The notes beneath the pieces were generated by a model. That model worked only from the letters and a program-made list of their open reading frames with translations, had not been told where the DNA came from and made no database searches. Positions 48,098-59,948 of a stretch of 64,000 bases of DNA are shown in pieces. The position numbers and the translations under genes are program-made. Location: positions 5,394,001-5,458,000 of the forward strand of contig CM106585.1 in assembly GCA_048013815.1 (NCBI GenBank), read 5' to 3'. Every line of letters starts with the position of its first letter. Position 1 is the first letter of the stretch. Origin of the DNA: Setoptus koraiensis. Taxonomy: Eukaryota > Animalia > Arthropoda.

Positions 48098-50185
48098 TTA
48101 GTCGATAATGTTACTATTGATACAGACAACAGGCTTGCTAGCGGTGCTTGTTGCGTTACAAACGTCAATCATTTTTGGCTTTGACATTTCATTTGTAGTT
48201 GTTGCTGTGCCGTTATTATCGTCTCGATTATTATCTGTATCATCAGTCGTGTCAGTGTCCATATCGGTGGTGGTGCAAGCGGCAACAATAGTCTGTTCCG
48301 TCGTTTCCTCTGGTATATCGTGTTGCTGTTGTTGCATTTGCATTATTTGCTGATTGCTCTCATCGTCTTGGTCTAACTGGTCATCTGTCTGTTGTTGTTG
48401 TTGTTGCTGTTGCTGCTGACTACCGTTGGGAGGCGAGTTCAGTTCAGAGGGGCTATCGGGCGTTATCTGACTAAAATACCAGTCGCGATTGTCCTCTAGA
48501 TTTTCAAGAATTTTTTGCGCATCGGGATGCACAAGGTCGGCCCAGGTCTCCCAAAGCGGGTGCACAATGTAGTCGATGAAGCCCACCTAATTAAAAGCAT
48601 GACGCAAAATGGAGATAAAAAAATAAATAATTAGCGCAAGGTCATCATCATTTATCAACGATACATTAATCGCACAATTGATTGACTTGAATTGACTCAC
48701 CTGCGATCGCTCGACATTGGCATTGAGCCTGTCGCACATGGGACTAATAGTTAGATTTTGATTGCGTTCCTTATCACCTTGCTGGTGGAATTCGGCCATG
48801 ATCTTGTCCACCCAATTTCTGTATATATCGAGCGGTTTTGTGGGATTGCTTAAATCGGCACAATGCAACATGTTCTGTAGCACTTGTATACGTTCAGTGT
48901 AATTATCCAATAATAATATTCCACTTCCGGCCACCTTTTTTGTTTCCACCATAGTTTTTAAGTCTGCCAGTAGGCTCATGTGTTTGCTCATGTCGGTGGC
49001 CAGCACCATATCGATGGTCATGCGTCTCAGTGTCTGGCGTTGTTTCTTGTTTAAATTCTCAAATATATCACAATTGTGCTCTTGCAGCAACTTGAAAGCC
49101 ACAGCCAACGAGTGATTCTCTAGAACGCTCTCGTCGTTGTACATGAGCGCAAGCTCGTTGCCCGAGTCTATCAAATATTGATTGGTCACTCCGGGATGGT
49201 CAACGTCGTGAATGGCGGCCGCGAAAAGGGCCGTCATGATCTCGAGGTCGGTGAACACGGACTGCGTAACGAGCGATGATCGATGGGCACATGGAGCAAC
49301 GATTTAATTAGTTGTGAGTTTATGCGAGTTTGTCTGAGTTTATCCGAGTTTATCTGACAAGTTGTGAGCTCATCTGACAAGTTGTGAGCTCATCTGAATC
49401 GACTGGTCAGCTGGCTCAAGATCGTTCGAGATTACTTACGTCGAGGGCCGGCGAGAGCAGCAGCACGTGCACCGCCTGGGCAACGTCGGCGGCGTGCATG
49501 CTGTTGTGATAGGGCACGTTAAGATAGTGGGTCTCCAAGGTGAGCAGGTAGTTGATTAGTTTGCGCGAGGAAATGTCGAACGTCTCCATGAGGTTGCGTT
49601 CCTGCGGATGCCGACGGGACGACGATTGGCGCACGAGGATTGGCGCACGAGGATTGGAACAATCGAGCGAGCGATCGCGACAATGGGGCGATCGCCATGA
49701 TTTAAAACAATCAATTAGTATATTGCGTTACTCACAAGGTCAGATAAACAATGGTGGTCACGTGATAAGACGAGATTATGCGACAATTGCGCTGTCGGTA
49801 GAGATTTTAAGATATTACAGATCGTATTGTACTCACTCTGAATATCGTGTACATGACCGCCGTCAGCGAGTGACTCTGCGAGTATTGGTGCACCTCAAAT
49901 ATGTTCAGTCCCCAAATGTCGATCTGTTGCATGAGCACGGCCAATTGGTCCTCCTGTTGCGTTTCCACGCCGTACCGAGGCAATTGCGACAAACTGTTGG
50001 TGTGTTTCAGCAGGCGCTTGATGGTCTCGTTGACGTGCGCCTTGGGCGTTTGCACCACCGTCATGGTGCAGTCCGTGCCAACGCTCTGGTACTGGGGCGC
50101 CGGCGAGATTTCCGTGGAGCTGCCTCGGATCGACGACAACAACAGCCTGTCCTCGGCGTAGTCGTTGGTGTTTTGTTGTTGCTGC

Positions 50186-50223
<38 letters not shown>

Positions 50224-53200
50224 TTGGTCCACAATGCTGTTCAGCTCGACACTGGTTGTGGTGGACGATGCAGAGGAGCCGCCGGGCGACGGCGACGTCA
50301 TTGGCTGGTTGCTGTCACAGTGGACAGTGGTGAGATGGGTGTGGGTCAGATTGGAGCTGCTGGTGACGGTGATGGGTGGCGTGACAACCGTGCTCTGTTG
50401 ACTTATTGGCGCCACTTGTTGTTGTTGTTTGCCGCTGGCCACTAACGGTGTTGCGGCGCTACTGCTGCCGCTGCTGTCCAAATTGTTGCGCAACAATATC
50501 AGCTCGTCGCGTTGTTGTTGCTGCTGGCTACTTCCGCCAGTCAGATCGTTGTTGTCCGGTGTTGGTATTGTTGTTGTTGTTGTTGTTGTTGCTGTTGCGC
50601 AGTCTTGTTGAGTGTTGTTGTTGTTGGCGGCTGTGGCTGTTGTTGCCAGTGAGATGATGTTGATGTTGCTAGCGGTCGGCGTTGTTGTGCCGCTGCCGGC
50701 TTGGCCGCCAGGTGACACTGGGCCAGAGGACAGTTGCTGCTGTTGCTGCTGTGATTGAAACAATAGGTTTGCTGCCGACGACGAGGCCGATTCGATCACA
50801 TTGGAGGCTGAGGCACTTTTAGCTACCGTATGCAGCTGCTGGCATGGTTGACTGAGGTTGTTGCTCGTTTTGCTGATTGCTGATTGTTGATGATGTGAGG
50901 AAATGGCCGGAGTGGCGGTTGCGCCCGTGGCACCGACTAGCGCCGACGAAGACAAGTGAGCGCCGCTAGGCGAGCGCAAATTTTGGCTGTATTGTTGTTG
51001 TTGCTGTTGTTGTTGATGCTGTTGTTGCTGTTGTTGCTGTTGTTGCTGCTGCTGCAGGGTAGCGGTGGCCGGTGGTGTCGTGGTTGGTTGGGCCGACGGG
51101 CCGCCAGTGGACAAATGGTGAGCGTGGTGGTGGTGGTGGTGATGGTGGTTGTGCAAGTTGTCCTGATTGTCCAACTGTTGCTGCTGCTGGCTGTTGTTTG
51201 TGTTCATGTAAGGCAAGTCGAGGTCCTCCTGTTGCTTGTCTGTTGTGGTCGGCGGTGGTCGTTCGGTCGTTTTGTCGGGCGTTTCGTCGGGCGTTTCGGT
51301 TTCGATTGCGGTTGTCGTTGGATGTTGCGGTTGCGGTTGTTGGAGTCGGCGGCGGGTTGTTGAGACGGTCGGCGGAGTTTGCGTCGAGTGGCAACCAGAT
51401 AAGAGGCATCGGGAAGAAGAATGTTGTTGTTGTTTGCATTAATGGTGGTGCGCACAAGTTTTGCGCTTCGCAAGAGCGTCAGTGCAAGTTATAATATCAG
51501 CAGCAGCGACACACAACAATAATATCAAGTCGCTCACCAATAACATTATATAACTATTATATAACAAAATACTAATGGCATAATAGTAGTGTTATATAAT
51601 AGTAATAGTAATAATGTTATATAATAGCAATAGCTAAAATGTTATATAATAGTGAGCAATAGCGATCGTCGATAGCGACCACTTGTAACTATCGCCAATA
51701 AGCAATAGCTACGCTCGCGGCTACGCGCGATACATGATAGGCAATCAAATCAAAGGCGCTGGCTGTTGTCTCGGTGAGCGCTTGACGCAACAGCCCTATC
51801 AGCGATCTAAAATCTCTGCCCAGACAATGGCTGCGAGCTGTGATATATGGGCTGCCAGCGATGGGCTGCCAGCTATGACAACTTGTGAGATGTGCCCGGC
51901 TCACGACGTAGCTGTCAACGATAATTGTTATTATTACATAACTAGCGATAGTGATGATGATGCGTGTGCACGCTGTTATCTCGCTGTTTTTGCAATGCGC
52001 AAATTGCCAATGTTACACAAATCGCTCACTCGCTTGCTTGCGTACGCGGCCAACGATGGTCGTGGAGCCGTCGTGGCAAGCGATTTGCGGGCTCGGCAAC
52101 GATTGCGGGCTATCGGCAAGCCGTTGCGGCCTGTTGGCAAGCCAATTATAATTTGTGACGGGCAAGTTATCAATTGGCGACAAGTGCAACACTACACCCG
52201 CGCGCTGGCGAGCTCGCTGTTTGCCTGTGTGCTATTGGCTGAGTGGCGCTGGCGCTGGGTGCCAATTGATAACTTGCCCGTCACAAATTATAACAGACAA
52301 ATAAATTGAGCAAGCACAAACAAACAAACAAACAAACAAATGATAAATTATAAACACTTTATAAGCGATATTTTATAAGCGACTTACCCAGGAAGGTGCG
52401 GATGTAGCCCGATATTTGGCTGCCGGATTTACTCTCGGCAAAGTGGCTCAGCTCCTTGTTGAGCATCCGTCTGAATTTGCTCGAGGCCAGGTCGCCCACG
52501 GACTTGTGCGCCTGAATGGCCTCCAGTTGATCCAGGCACCAATCGAGTTCCTCCAGTGTGTCCATGGACAGTTTGGCCATGGTCTCGTCGTTGAGATCCT
52601 TCATCTGTCTGCTGGTGTGCTGTTGTTGTTGTTGCTGCTGTTGCTGCTGCTGTTGCTGTTGAACAATGGCCAGTTGCTGGGAATGGAAGGGGCCCGACGC
52701 AAGACGAGACTCTCTCGCTCTGTTGCGTCATCGCGTCACATGATACGTTTGATATGCGTCATTGTTGGCGGTCGTTGGCGGTCGTTGGCGGTCGTTGGCG
52801 GTTATTTCATCGGCAGCGCGATATGGAGCGTCCATTGATTGGCCGTTGATTGGCGATTGATTGGCCGTTGATAGGTGGCACGAGCGGCCGGGCGACACGA
52901 GTGAAAACAAGAACATTAACGGTTAGAGGCTGGCATTGGGAGCGTTGTGAGCATAGTGAAAACTCTGACTGTTGCGATGATTGGAGTGGAGAATTCGCAA
53001 ATTCGAAAGTTCGGAAATTCGAAAGTTCGGAAATTCGAAAGTTCGGAAATTCGAAAGTTCGGAAATTCGAAAGTTCGGAAATTCGAAAGTTCGAAAGTTC
53101 GGGAATTTCCGAGCTCGAGTGACCAGACAGTCGATTGGTTGGTGCGTACAAACAATGCCTGCGGCAACACTATTACACTGCTAGAGGTGCGTTGTTGTTG

Positions 53201-56200
53201 TGGTGATCGCGCAGACACAAATAGAGTCAAGTGTCCGCTTAATTAATGAGCAGCGATGAATATTAACGGCATAAAGCGACAAGCTGTGCGGGCACAAATC
53301 GGGACACATTTTATCGACATTGGCGCTCCTCTCGGCCTATTTAAACAATATATAAACAGTATATAAACAATGTCTGAACAATTTTTGAAAAATGTCTGAA
53401 CAACGTCTGAACAATTTTTTGACATAGTCTGACAAAATGTGTCAGACATGTAGACAATCATCGAACAGCATGTGGCTGAGTCGCCACATTGCGCCACTGA
53501 TGGTGAGCGTAGACTCGCAAGGGTGGACACTTGACTCTATTTGTGTCACCCACACGATTAGCCGGTGTCAATGGCGCTGTCAGTGTCACTGGCACGCCGC
53601 TGTCACTGGCAGCGTGTGGCTGCCGGCGATTGTATAATATCCGCATATCTGTTTATTGTGCAATAATCAGATTATTGCTCAGTACAGATTGGTGGCCGAC
53701 TCAAACGGGTCTGGCCAGCACACAGCACACATCACACATTACATAATACATAATACATATTACATTATATTGCGTTGTTGTGCTGTTGTGCGCCTCACAG
53801 CCCGACAATAATTGCCGGCCAGACTGGTTGCGGCGAGAGGGCGGCAGCAGCTCGCTGGCGGTTGTCGCACAATTGTCACAATTGTCACAATGGTCGCGAT
53901 CGTCGCGATCGTCGCAGTGGTTGCAGTGGTCGCAATTGTCGCTGCCGTCGCAATTGGCTCACGTACGCGAGACGAGCGTGAGACAAACGTGAGACAAACG
54001 TGAGCCCAATCGGCAATTGCGACGACAACAACAACAAACAGCGACAAACAGCGACAAACTGCGCCAAACTGGTGCCAACAACAAACCATAAACTACAACA
54101 ATGTATAATATTATCCAATTATAGGCTGCACGAGCTGCCGCCAGTTCGCCGCTTGTGACAAGCTCGGGCTCGGGCTTGCGACAGGCGCCGGATTACTGTT
54201 TGGCAGCGCGCAAACTGGCTTTAAAGCGGCTTTGCGCCAGCCTGTTTGATGGCTTGCGTTTGATGGCTTGCGTTTGATGGCCACCAATAGGCTCGGCACC
54301 AATCAGTGCGCTAAGAATCAAATTGCGTCACTCGCGCTCGTTGTTGCCGCTGTTAATTAATTAACAACAACAACAACAACAGCCAATGGCAAGACAGCTC
54401 ATTATTTGTTGATTGCCTGAGTGCGGTTGTGTCAATAGGTTGCTTTAATGGGTTGCTTACGCTTGCATTATTGGGCTGGCATGTTGCTCGAGTGAGCGCG
54501 CTTGTTGCCGCTTGCTGTCGGCATTTGCGCTGTCGGTGTGATAAATTGTCAACCGTCAGTGACAATTTTATACAATTGACAGCAACAAACATAAGCCAAC
54601 AATGGCTAGATAATGGCAAGTCGTAAACATGATAATCACACATCAACTTGTTAGAGAGCAACAACAATTTGCGGCGGCCGACAACAGCGCCGCCAATGCC
54701 GTCGAGCCGGCTCGCGACTCGCGACTCGTCGAGCTCGGCTCGGCCGCCCCCGCTAGCTACTTTGGCTGCAATAAGCACACTAACCACACTACCTAACTAC
54801 AACTGACACTGACTAGAATAGACGCACTGACTGGAATGGACGCGCTAACTGGGACACACGCGCTGCCATAGACTGACGGGTAGGCTGACTAGTGGGCGCC
54901 ACCGCCGGCGCGACGGCCCCAACGGACATTACCTGAGCGGGCCGGCAACAAGTGCGCCGTCCGATAAACGATTTGCGTGCTCCAGTTGCTCGCTCCAGTC
55001 GTCGCTTGGCCTCATTTCTTGCTGGCCGACTGCTGCCCCGTTCATACTTGCGCGATTGGCGCCATCTGTGCGATCTGTGTGATCTGTGCGATCTGTGCGA
55101 TCTGTGCGATCTGTGCGATCTATGCGATTGGCTTCGTGTAGGCGATTGGCTTCGTGCAGGCGATTGGCGCGACAGGCGCGATTTGCCTGATTGTTGTCAT
55201 CTATGAGATTGGCGTAATCTGTGCGATTGGCGTGCTCTGTGCGATTGACGAGATATGCGCGGCCGCCGCCCACATCGGGCCGGTTGTTGTCGCCCGCGAC
55301 GCTCTGGCGTCTGTTGAGGCGCTTGTTGCGGTGCGCACAGTCGAGGCTCGCCCCGCCAGCCGCAACAAGCGCGTCCGAGTCCGCGGGCGACTCGCCCCCG
55401 CGTCGGGCGCACTCGATGGTGCGGTTTGCAACACCCATTTCGATGACAGTGTCGACGTTGCTGATTGATTGATCTATGTTGCCTATTGCGTCCATGTTGC
55501 TGGTTGTGTCGATGTTTTTGAATGTGTCCATGTCGACCACAGTGTCACTGTTGATCATGCTGTCGATATGGCCGGCGGTGTCCATGTCGCTGATGGTGTC
55601 CATGTCGTCGACAAGAACGTCATCGTCGCTGCAGACATCGTGAACAGCAGTGTCGCCAACGCTGTTGCAGAACGCGCAGTCGGGCCGGCACTTGGGGGCG
55701 CACTTGTCGCTGCTGGCCGGCGCCCCGATGAGGGGCGTGCTGGGCGGCGTCAGCAGTGTGCTGTTGCAATAGCCCGCGCTCTTGTCGGTGCGGTCAGCGG
55801 GCCGGCAATGGTAAGCGTTGTTGTTTTTGTCCGGCAACAGGAGCCTCAGCGCTGCGCCGGCCGGGGCGCGCTGGCCGGAGGCCCCAATAGCGCGCTTGTC
55901 TGTGCCAATATTGCGCTCCTGTGTGCCGATGGTGCGCTCGTCCGCAACGTATGCAATGGCGTTTGTGATCGGTTTGTCCCGGTGTGTCGCTGATTTCAAT
56001 TCATGGCTGTCGGTGCTCGGCGCAACGGCGCCCTCTTGCCCGTGCTTCCGCTTGGCCGAGGGCGTCACTGCGGGTGCGACACTGCGGGCCGCATCGCACT
56101 GCGCGTCCATTTTGGCCTCTCGGCTGGTCGCTTCGGGTGGGCTGGTCGGCTCGGCACGGCCGGTCGCTTGTGCCCTGTGCACCGTGCCGGCGCTGGCGTG

Positions 56201-59200
56201 CGCCAGCGAGCGCAACGGGCGCAGTTGCTGCTGGCTGGTCATGCTGCTGGAAATGGCCAAATTGACCAAGGCGGGTGCATGCAGTTTCCAATTGCGGGTC
56301 GCCGGCTGCCGGTTCGCGCGGTGTGTGTGTGTGTGTCGGGTCAACTGTCACAGTGTCGCAATGCGTTGCGCCGGGGTCTTGCCAGAATTGCTGCCGTTGG
56401 TGTCGCTGTTGGTGTCGGTGTTGGTGTCGCTATTATCGTTGGTGTCGTTGTTGGCGTTGGTGTCGTTGTTGGCGTTGGTGTCGCTGTCGGCGTCGCTGTC
56501 GGTGTTGTTGCCGCTGTCGGAGCGGTTGAACTGTGCCTGAGATGTGTGCATTGGTCGCGTATTGTTTATGATTAATTAGACGCAATTGCGACTTGTTTGG
56601 CTCGTTTGCCGTCGTTGGCGAGTCGCTTCTGCTTTTTGACGCTTCTCGACGCTTTTTTACGCTTTTTGTTTGTGTTGCGCTCGCTCTCTGCCGCTCGCCA
56701 GCCAGCGCAATCGCTCGCCACTGGCGGCGGCTCACGTGATGCGTCTGTAATTGCGCACAGAGCGCGCCCAATCTCGCCTTTTGTAGCGCTACAAGGCGCA
56801 GATAGAACTCGTATAATGCGCATCCAATCGCACAGGTGAGCGCACAGGTGAGCGCACAGGTGAGCGCACAGGTAAGCGCACGGGTGATAATGGCAGCGGC
56901 AATAAAGGCCGACAGGCGAGCGAGAGTGCAAATTGCAAGGTGCAAAGTGCAGGGTGCAGCTCGCCGCGCTCTCTGGCCAGCGGGTGAGCGGCTGGCACCG
57001 GCTGCGCCGTCTGTCGGCTCACTGGAGTCTGGTGACTAGACCGCGGCTCGCGGGCGAGCATCCGAACGCAAGCCGGCGAACGCAAGCGAATTTAAACTGG
57101 CGAATGCCAGCGAACACAAGCGAACGCAATCGAACGCAAGCCAGAACAGAAGCGAGAATGGAAGCCAGAACAGGAGCGAGAGTGGAAGCCGCGGTGCAAG
57201 CGGGTGCGACAAGCCAGCGACAGGTTGTTTGCGGGTGCGCGTGCACCGTCGGCATTCGTTGCATCGGTGCGCGACAGGTGAGCGAGCGAGGGGCCGCTAG
57301 CGACTGCTGGCTGCTGCTGCGCTGGCTGCAAATCCTGTTCTGCGGCTGGCAGCGCGCAACTGGCATCACGCAACTGCCATCAACATGCAATCGCAGTAGG
57401 CAAAGGTGAGCTGCACAATCAAATTGTGAAAGCGACTCGCTGCCGATCGACTCGCCGCCACCAAATTGGCTGCCGCTGGCTTGGCTGCCGCTCGATCGGC
57501 TGCCATTCAGCCGGCCGACAAGCTTTGTTGTGAGCACACTCACCTGTCTCAATTTGATAATTCCAGAATTGATAATTCGAGAGTTTATAATTCGAGAATT
57601 GATAGTCTGAGCAGCGACTCTCGCAATTTGCGAGCCAGCGAACGGCTGCCGAGAGGCTTGTGAGCGCTGTGGGCGCAGTGAGCGCGCGCGCTCGCACAAC
57701 GTTGCTGTTTNNNNNNNNNNNNNNNNNNNNNNNNNNNNNNNNNNNNNNNNNNNNNNNNNNNNNNNNNNNNNNNNNNNNNNNNNNNNNNNNNNNNNNNNNN
57801 NNNNNNNNNNNNNNNNNNNNNNNNNNNNNNNNNNNNNNNNNNNNNNNNNNNNNNNNNNNNNNNNNNNNNNNNNNNNNNNNNNNNNNNNNNNNNNNNNNNN
57901 NNNNNNNNNNNNNNNNNNNNNNNNNNNNNNNNNNNNNNNNNNNNNNNNNNNNNNNNNNNNNNNNNNNNNNNNNNNNNNNNNNNNNNNNNNNNNNNNNNNN
58001 NNNNNNNNNNNNNNNNNNNNNNNNNNNNNNNNNNNNNNNNNNNNNNNNNNNNNNNNNNNNNNNNNNNNNNNNNNNNNNNNNNNNNNNNNNNNNNNNNNNN
58101 NNNNNNNNNNNNNNNNNNNNNNNNNNNNNNNNNNNNNNNNNNNNNNNNNNNNNNNNNNNNNNNNNNNNNNNNNNNNNNNNNNNNNNNNNNNNNNNNNNNN
58201 NNNNNNNNNNGGAGCAGATAGCTGCTCCAACAGGCTCACACGGCAGCCAGTCTCGCCATGCAGCCCGCCGCTGTATTACTAACACAGTGTTATGCAACCG
58301 GCGCGCAGAGCCTCCCCCGACAATATCAACGCACATAAACATGTGCTAATTAATGTGCTAATTAATGTGCTAATTGTACGTATAGTTGAGGCACAGCGAC
58401 GCTGTGCCCCACTGACAGCGTCGCTGTGCCCCAGCGATACTCGCAGTTCAACTGCAGCATCCACGGCTTACAATTGCGTGCGTTGCAAAACGCAAGCCTG
58501 TTGCCCATCGATTCAATTGGGCAACCACTCGACAACCATTGACAAAATGCGCCACCAGCCACGAGAGTCACTGTTGCGCGTGCACCACTCGACACCCACA
58601 GACCAGCCGCACAGGTGACATAATCAGGTGACATAATCAGCTGGCACCAGCCGGCACCAAATGACAATGCGTCATTGGCCAGCGTTGGACGCCGACAGGC
58701 CGACAGGCTGGCACATGCGCATGTGCATGTGGTGCAATGCGGTGCAATGTGACGCAATGTGGTGCAGGTCGCAACGTGTGCATCTTTTCGTTTCCGGTCA
58801 AACTGTATGCAAGACGCATGAAAATGAAGCGAACGCACACAGTTTCAGCTTACACTGTTGCACTTGTCGGCCACTAGTAGTGCTAGCAGTGCTAGTGGCC
58901 GGCTATCAAGCAAAGTGGTGCTAGTGGCACCATATGCACCTTGCAATTGTTGAATGTCGCGCCAAATCAACAACATGCATGCAATATGCAGCGAACAACA
59001 TATGATAAAGCTAACAACATCAATGACGTAATAATAATGATGACATGCATCATGATCATTAGTTACAAATTATGACTCATAGTTTATGAGACTGATATTT
59101 GATGAGCAGGCTATTTGTCAACTTTGGCCACCAAATGATAGAAAACCAAACCACAGCAACCTGTCGTGTCGAGCAACTTTTGGTCGAGTTCAAGTCGACC

Positions 59201-59532
59201 ACGGCGCCGGCTTCACCTGGCCGCTTTGCACATGTGATTGCTTATTTTGGGGTTACATCAAATGTCAAACGAGCTGACAGGAGCTGTGGACGCTGTGACA
59301 AGATGGGACAAAACGCGACCAAATGCGACCAGTCGCACCAAAAGTTTGTGCACAAACTGAGACACAAACTGTCACCATCAATTGGTTAGTTAGTTAATTA
59401 TTATCATCATTCGTTTGTACTCACCTGTTGACGGGCACCGGCGCGTGCGTTATGTGTATGTAGTTGTGGCGCACATTCCTCAGGCTGGCCAGAATCTGCG
59501 CAAAGGGGGTCACAATGAGGTCCTCGCCGTGA
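48098..59532 (-). CDS. dnc: cAMP-specific phosphodiesterase 4 (dunce-like); exons 59425-59532, 52388-52719, 49837-51239, 49440-49601, 48701-49261, 48098-48586; further 5' exons probably upstream or outside the window
   Basis: UCR1 [21 protein letters not shown]; UCR2 [16 protein letters not shown]...[13 protein letters not shown]...TFL|DKQQE; catalytic [42 protein letters not shown]|[15 protein letters not shown]. All junctions are GT-AG and phase-matched (2,1,0,0,0). Confidence 0.95.
49320..49396. repeat. 10/20-bp tandem repeats (tgacaagttgtgagctcatc etc.) in PDE4 intron
   Basis: Directly visible. Confidence 0.8.
53001..53110. repeat. 16-bp (2x8) tandem repeat (ttcgaaagttcggaaa), ~6 copies, in PDE4 intron
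   Basis: Directly visible; related to the array at 18141-18224. Confidence 0.93.
53214..53547. mobile_element. Possible MITE-like relic: perfect 23-bp inverted repeats ~290 bp apart
   Basis: gacacaaatagagtcaagtgtcc (53214-53236) is the exact reverse complement of ggacacttgactctatttgtgtc (53525-53547). No target-site duplication seen. Confidence 0.35.
54933..56344 (-). CDS. dnc: Putative alternative 5' coding exon of PDE4 (short-form isoform N-terminus, first ATG 56242)
   Basis: 471-codon open frame that starts right after acceptor-like gtgacag (56345) and ends CTCAG|GTAATG, a phase-2 donor compatible with the phase-2 acceptor of the UCR2 exon at 52719. Confidence 0.6.
56830..56877. repeat. 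12-bp tandem repeat (gcacaggtgagc) x4
   Basis: Directly visible; each unit contains CAGGTG (last unit CAGGTA). Confidence 0.9.
57711..58210. other. Assembly (scaffold) gap, 500 N
   Basis: Run of N. Confidence 1.
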
Positions 59533-59924
59533 CTGTGGTTGCGAATGTGAGACAAGGGAGAGAGAAAAGTTAGCTGATTTTGAGCGAGTTACAATGCGAG
59601 TCAGTTGCTTTCGAATCGACAACAAACAAAACAAACGAATTGCGGACGCTATTGCGTAACGATTCCAGCTGACGAAGCGGGCAAACTGGATCTTATTTGC
59701 AATGTTTGTTAGTTGTCAAGTGACCACAACGTTACGACACGTCATACCGCTGTAACGCAATGTTCGTACATGTAATGCAATCTCATTGTTGTGTTGTATC
59801 GCGTTGTTCATCGACGTCGATGAAAATGAATTCACTTGAAAGTGACATCATTCAAATAAATCATCATCAACTTATACGTAGACGTACACGTATAAATGAG
59901 GTTGCTATGTGCATCGTAGGTCAC

Positions 59925-59948
59925 CTGTTGAACAGGCGCCATTGCGAG
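59925..59948 (-). CDS. dnc: Candidate 24-nt PDE4 microexon (phase 2-2) in UCR1
   Basis: Pyrimidine tract ctctcactctcactcttatatcttctatcttgag, then CTCGCAATGGCGCCTGTTCAACAG, then gtgacc. In frame with the HGEDLIV exon. Confidence 0.35.

Noticed and set aside
53940-54030. Imperfect inverted repeat (gtcgcaattg..gctcacgt / acgtgagc..caattgcgac)
   Set aside because: Embedded in degenerate 9-bp self-complementary repeats, so pairing is expected by chance.
57019-58349. Long ORFs spanning X residues
   Set aside because: Artefacts of translating across the 500-N gap.
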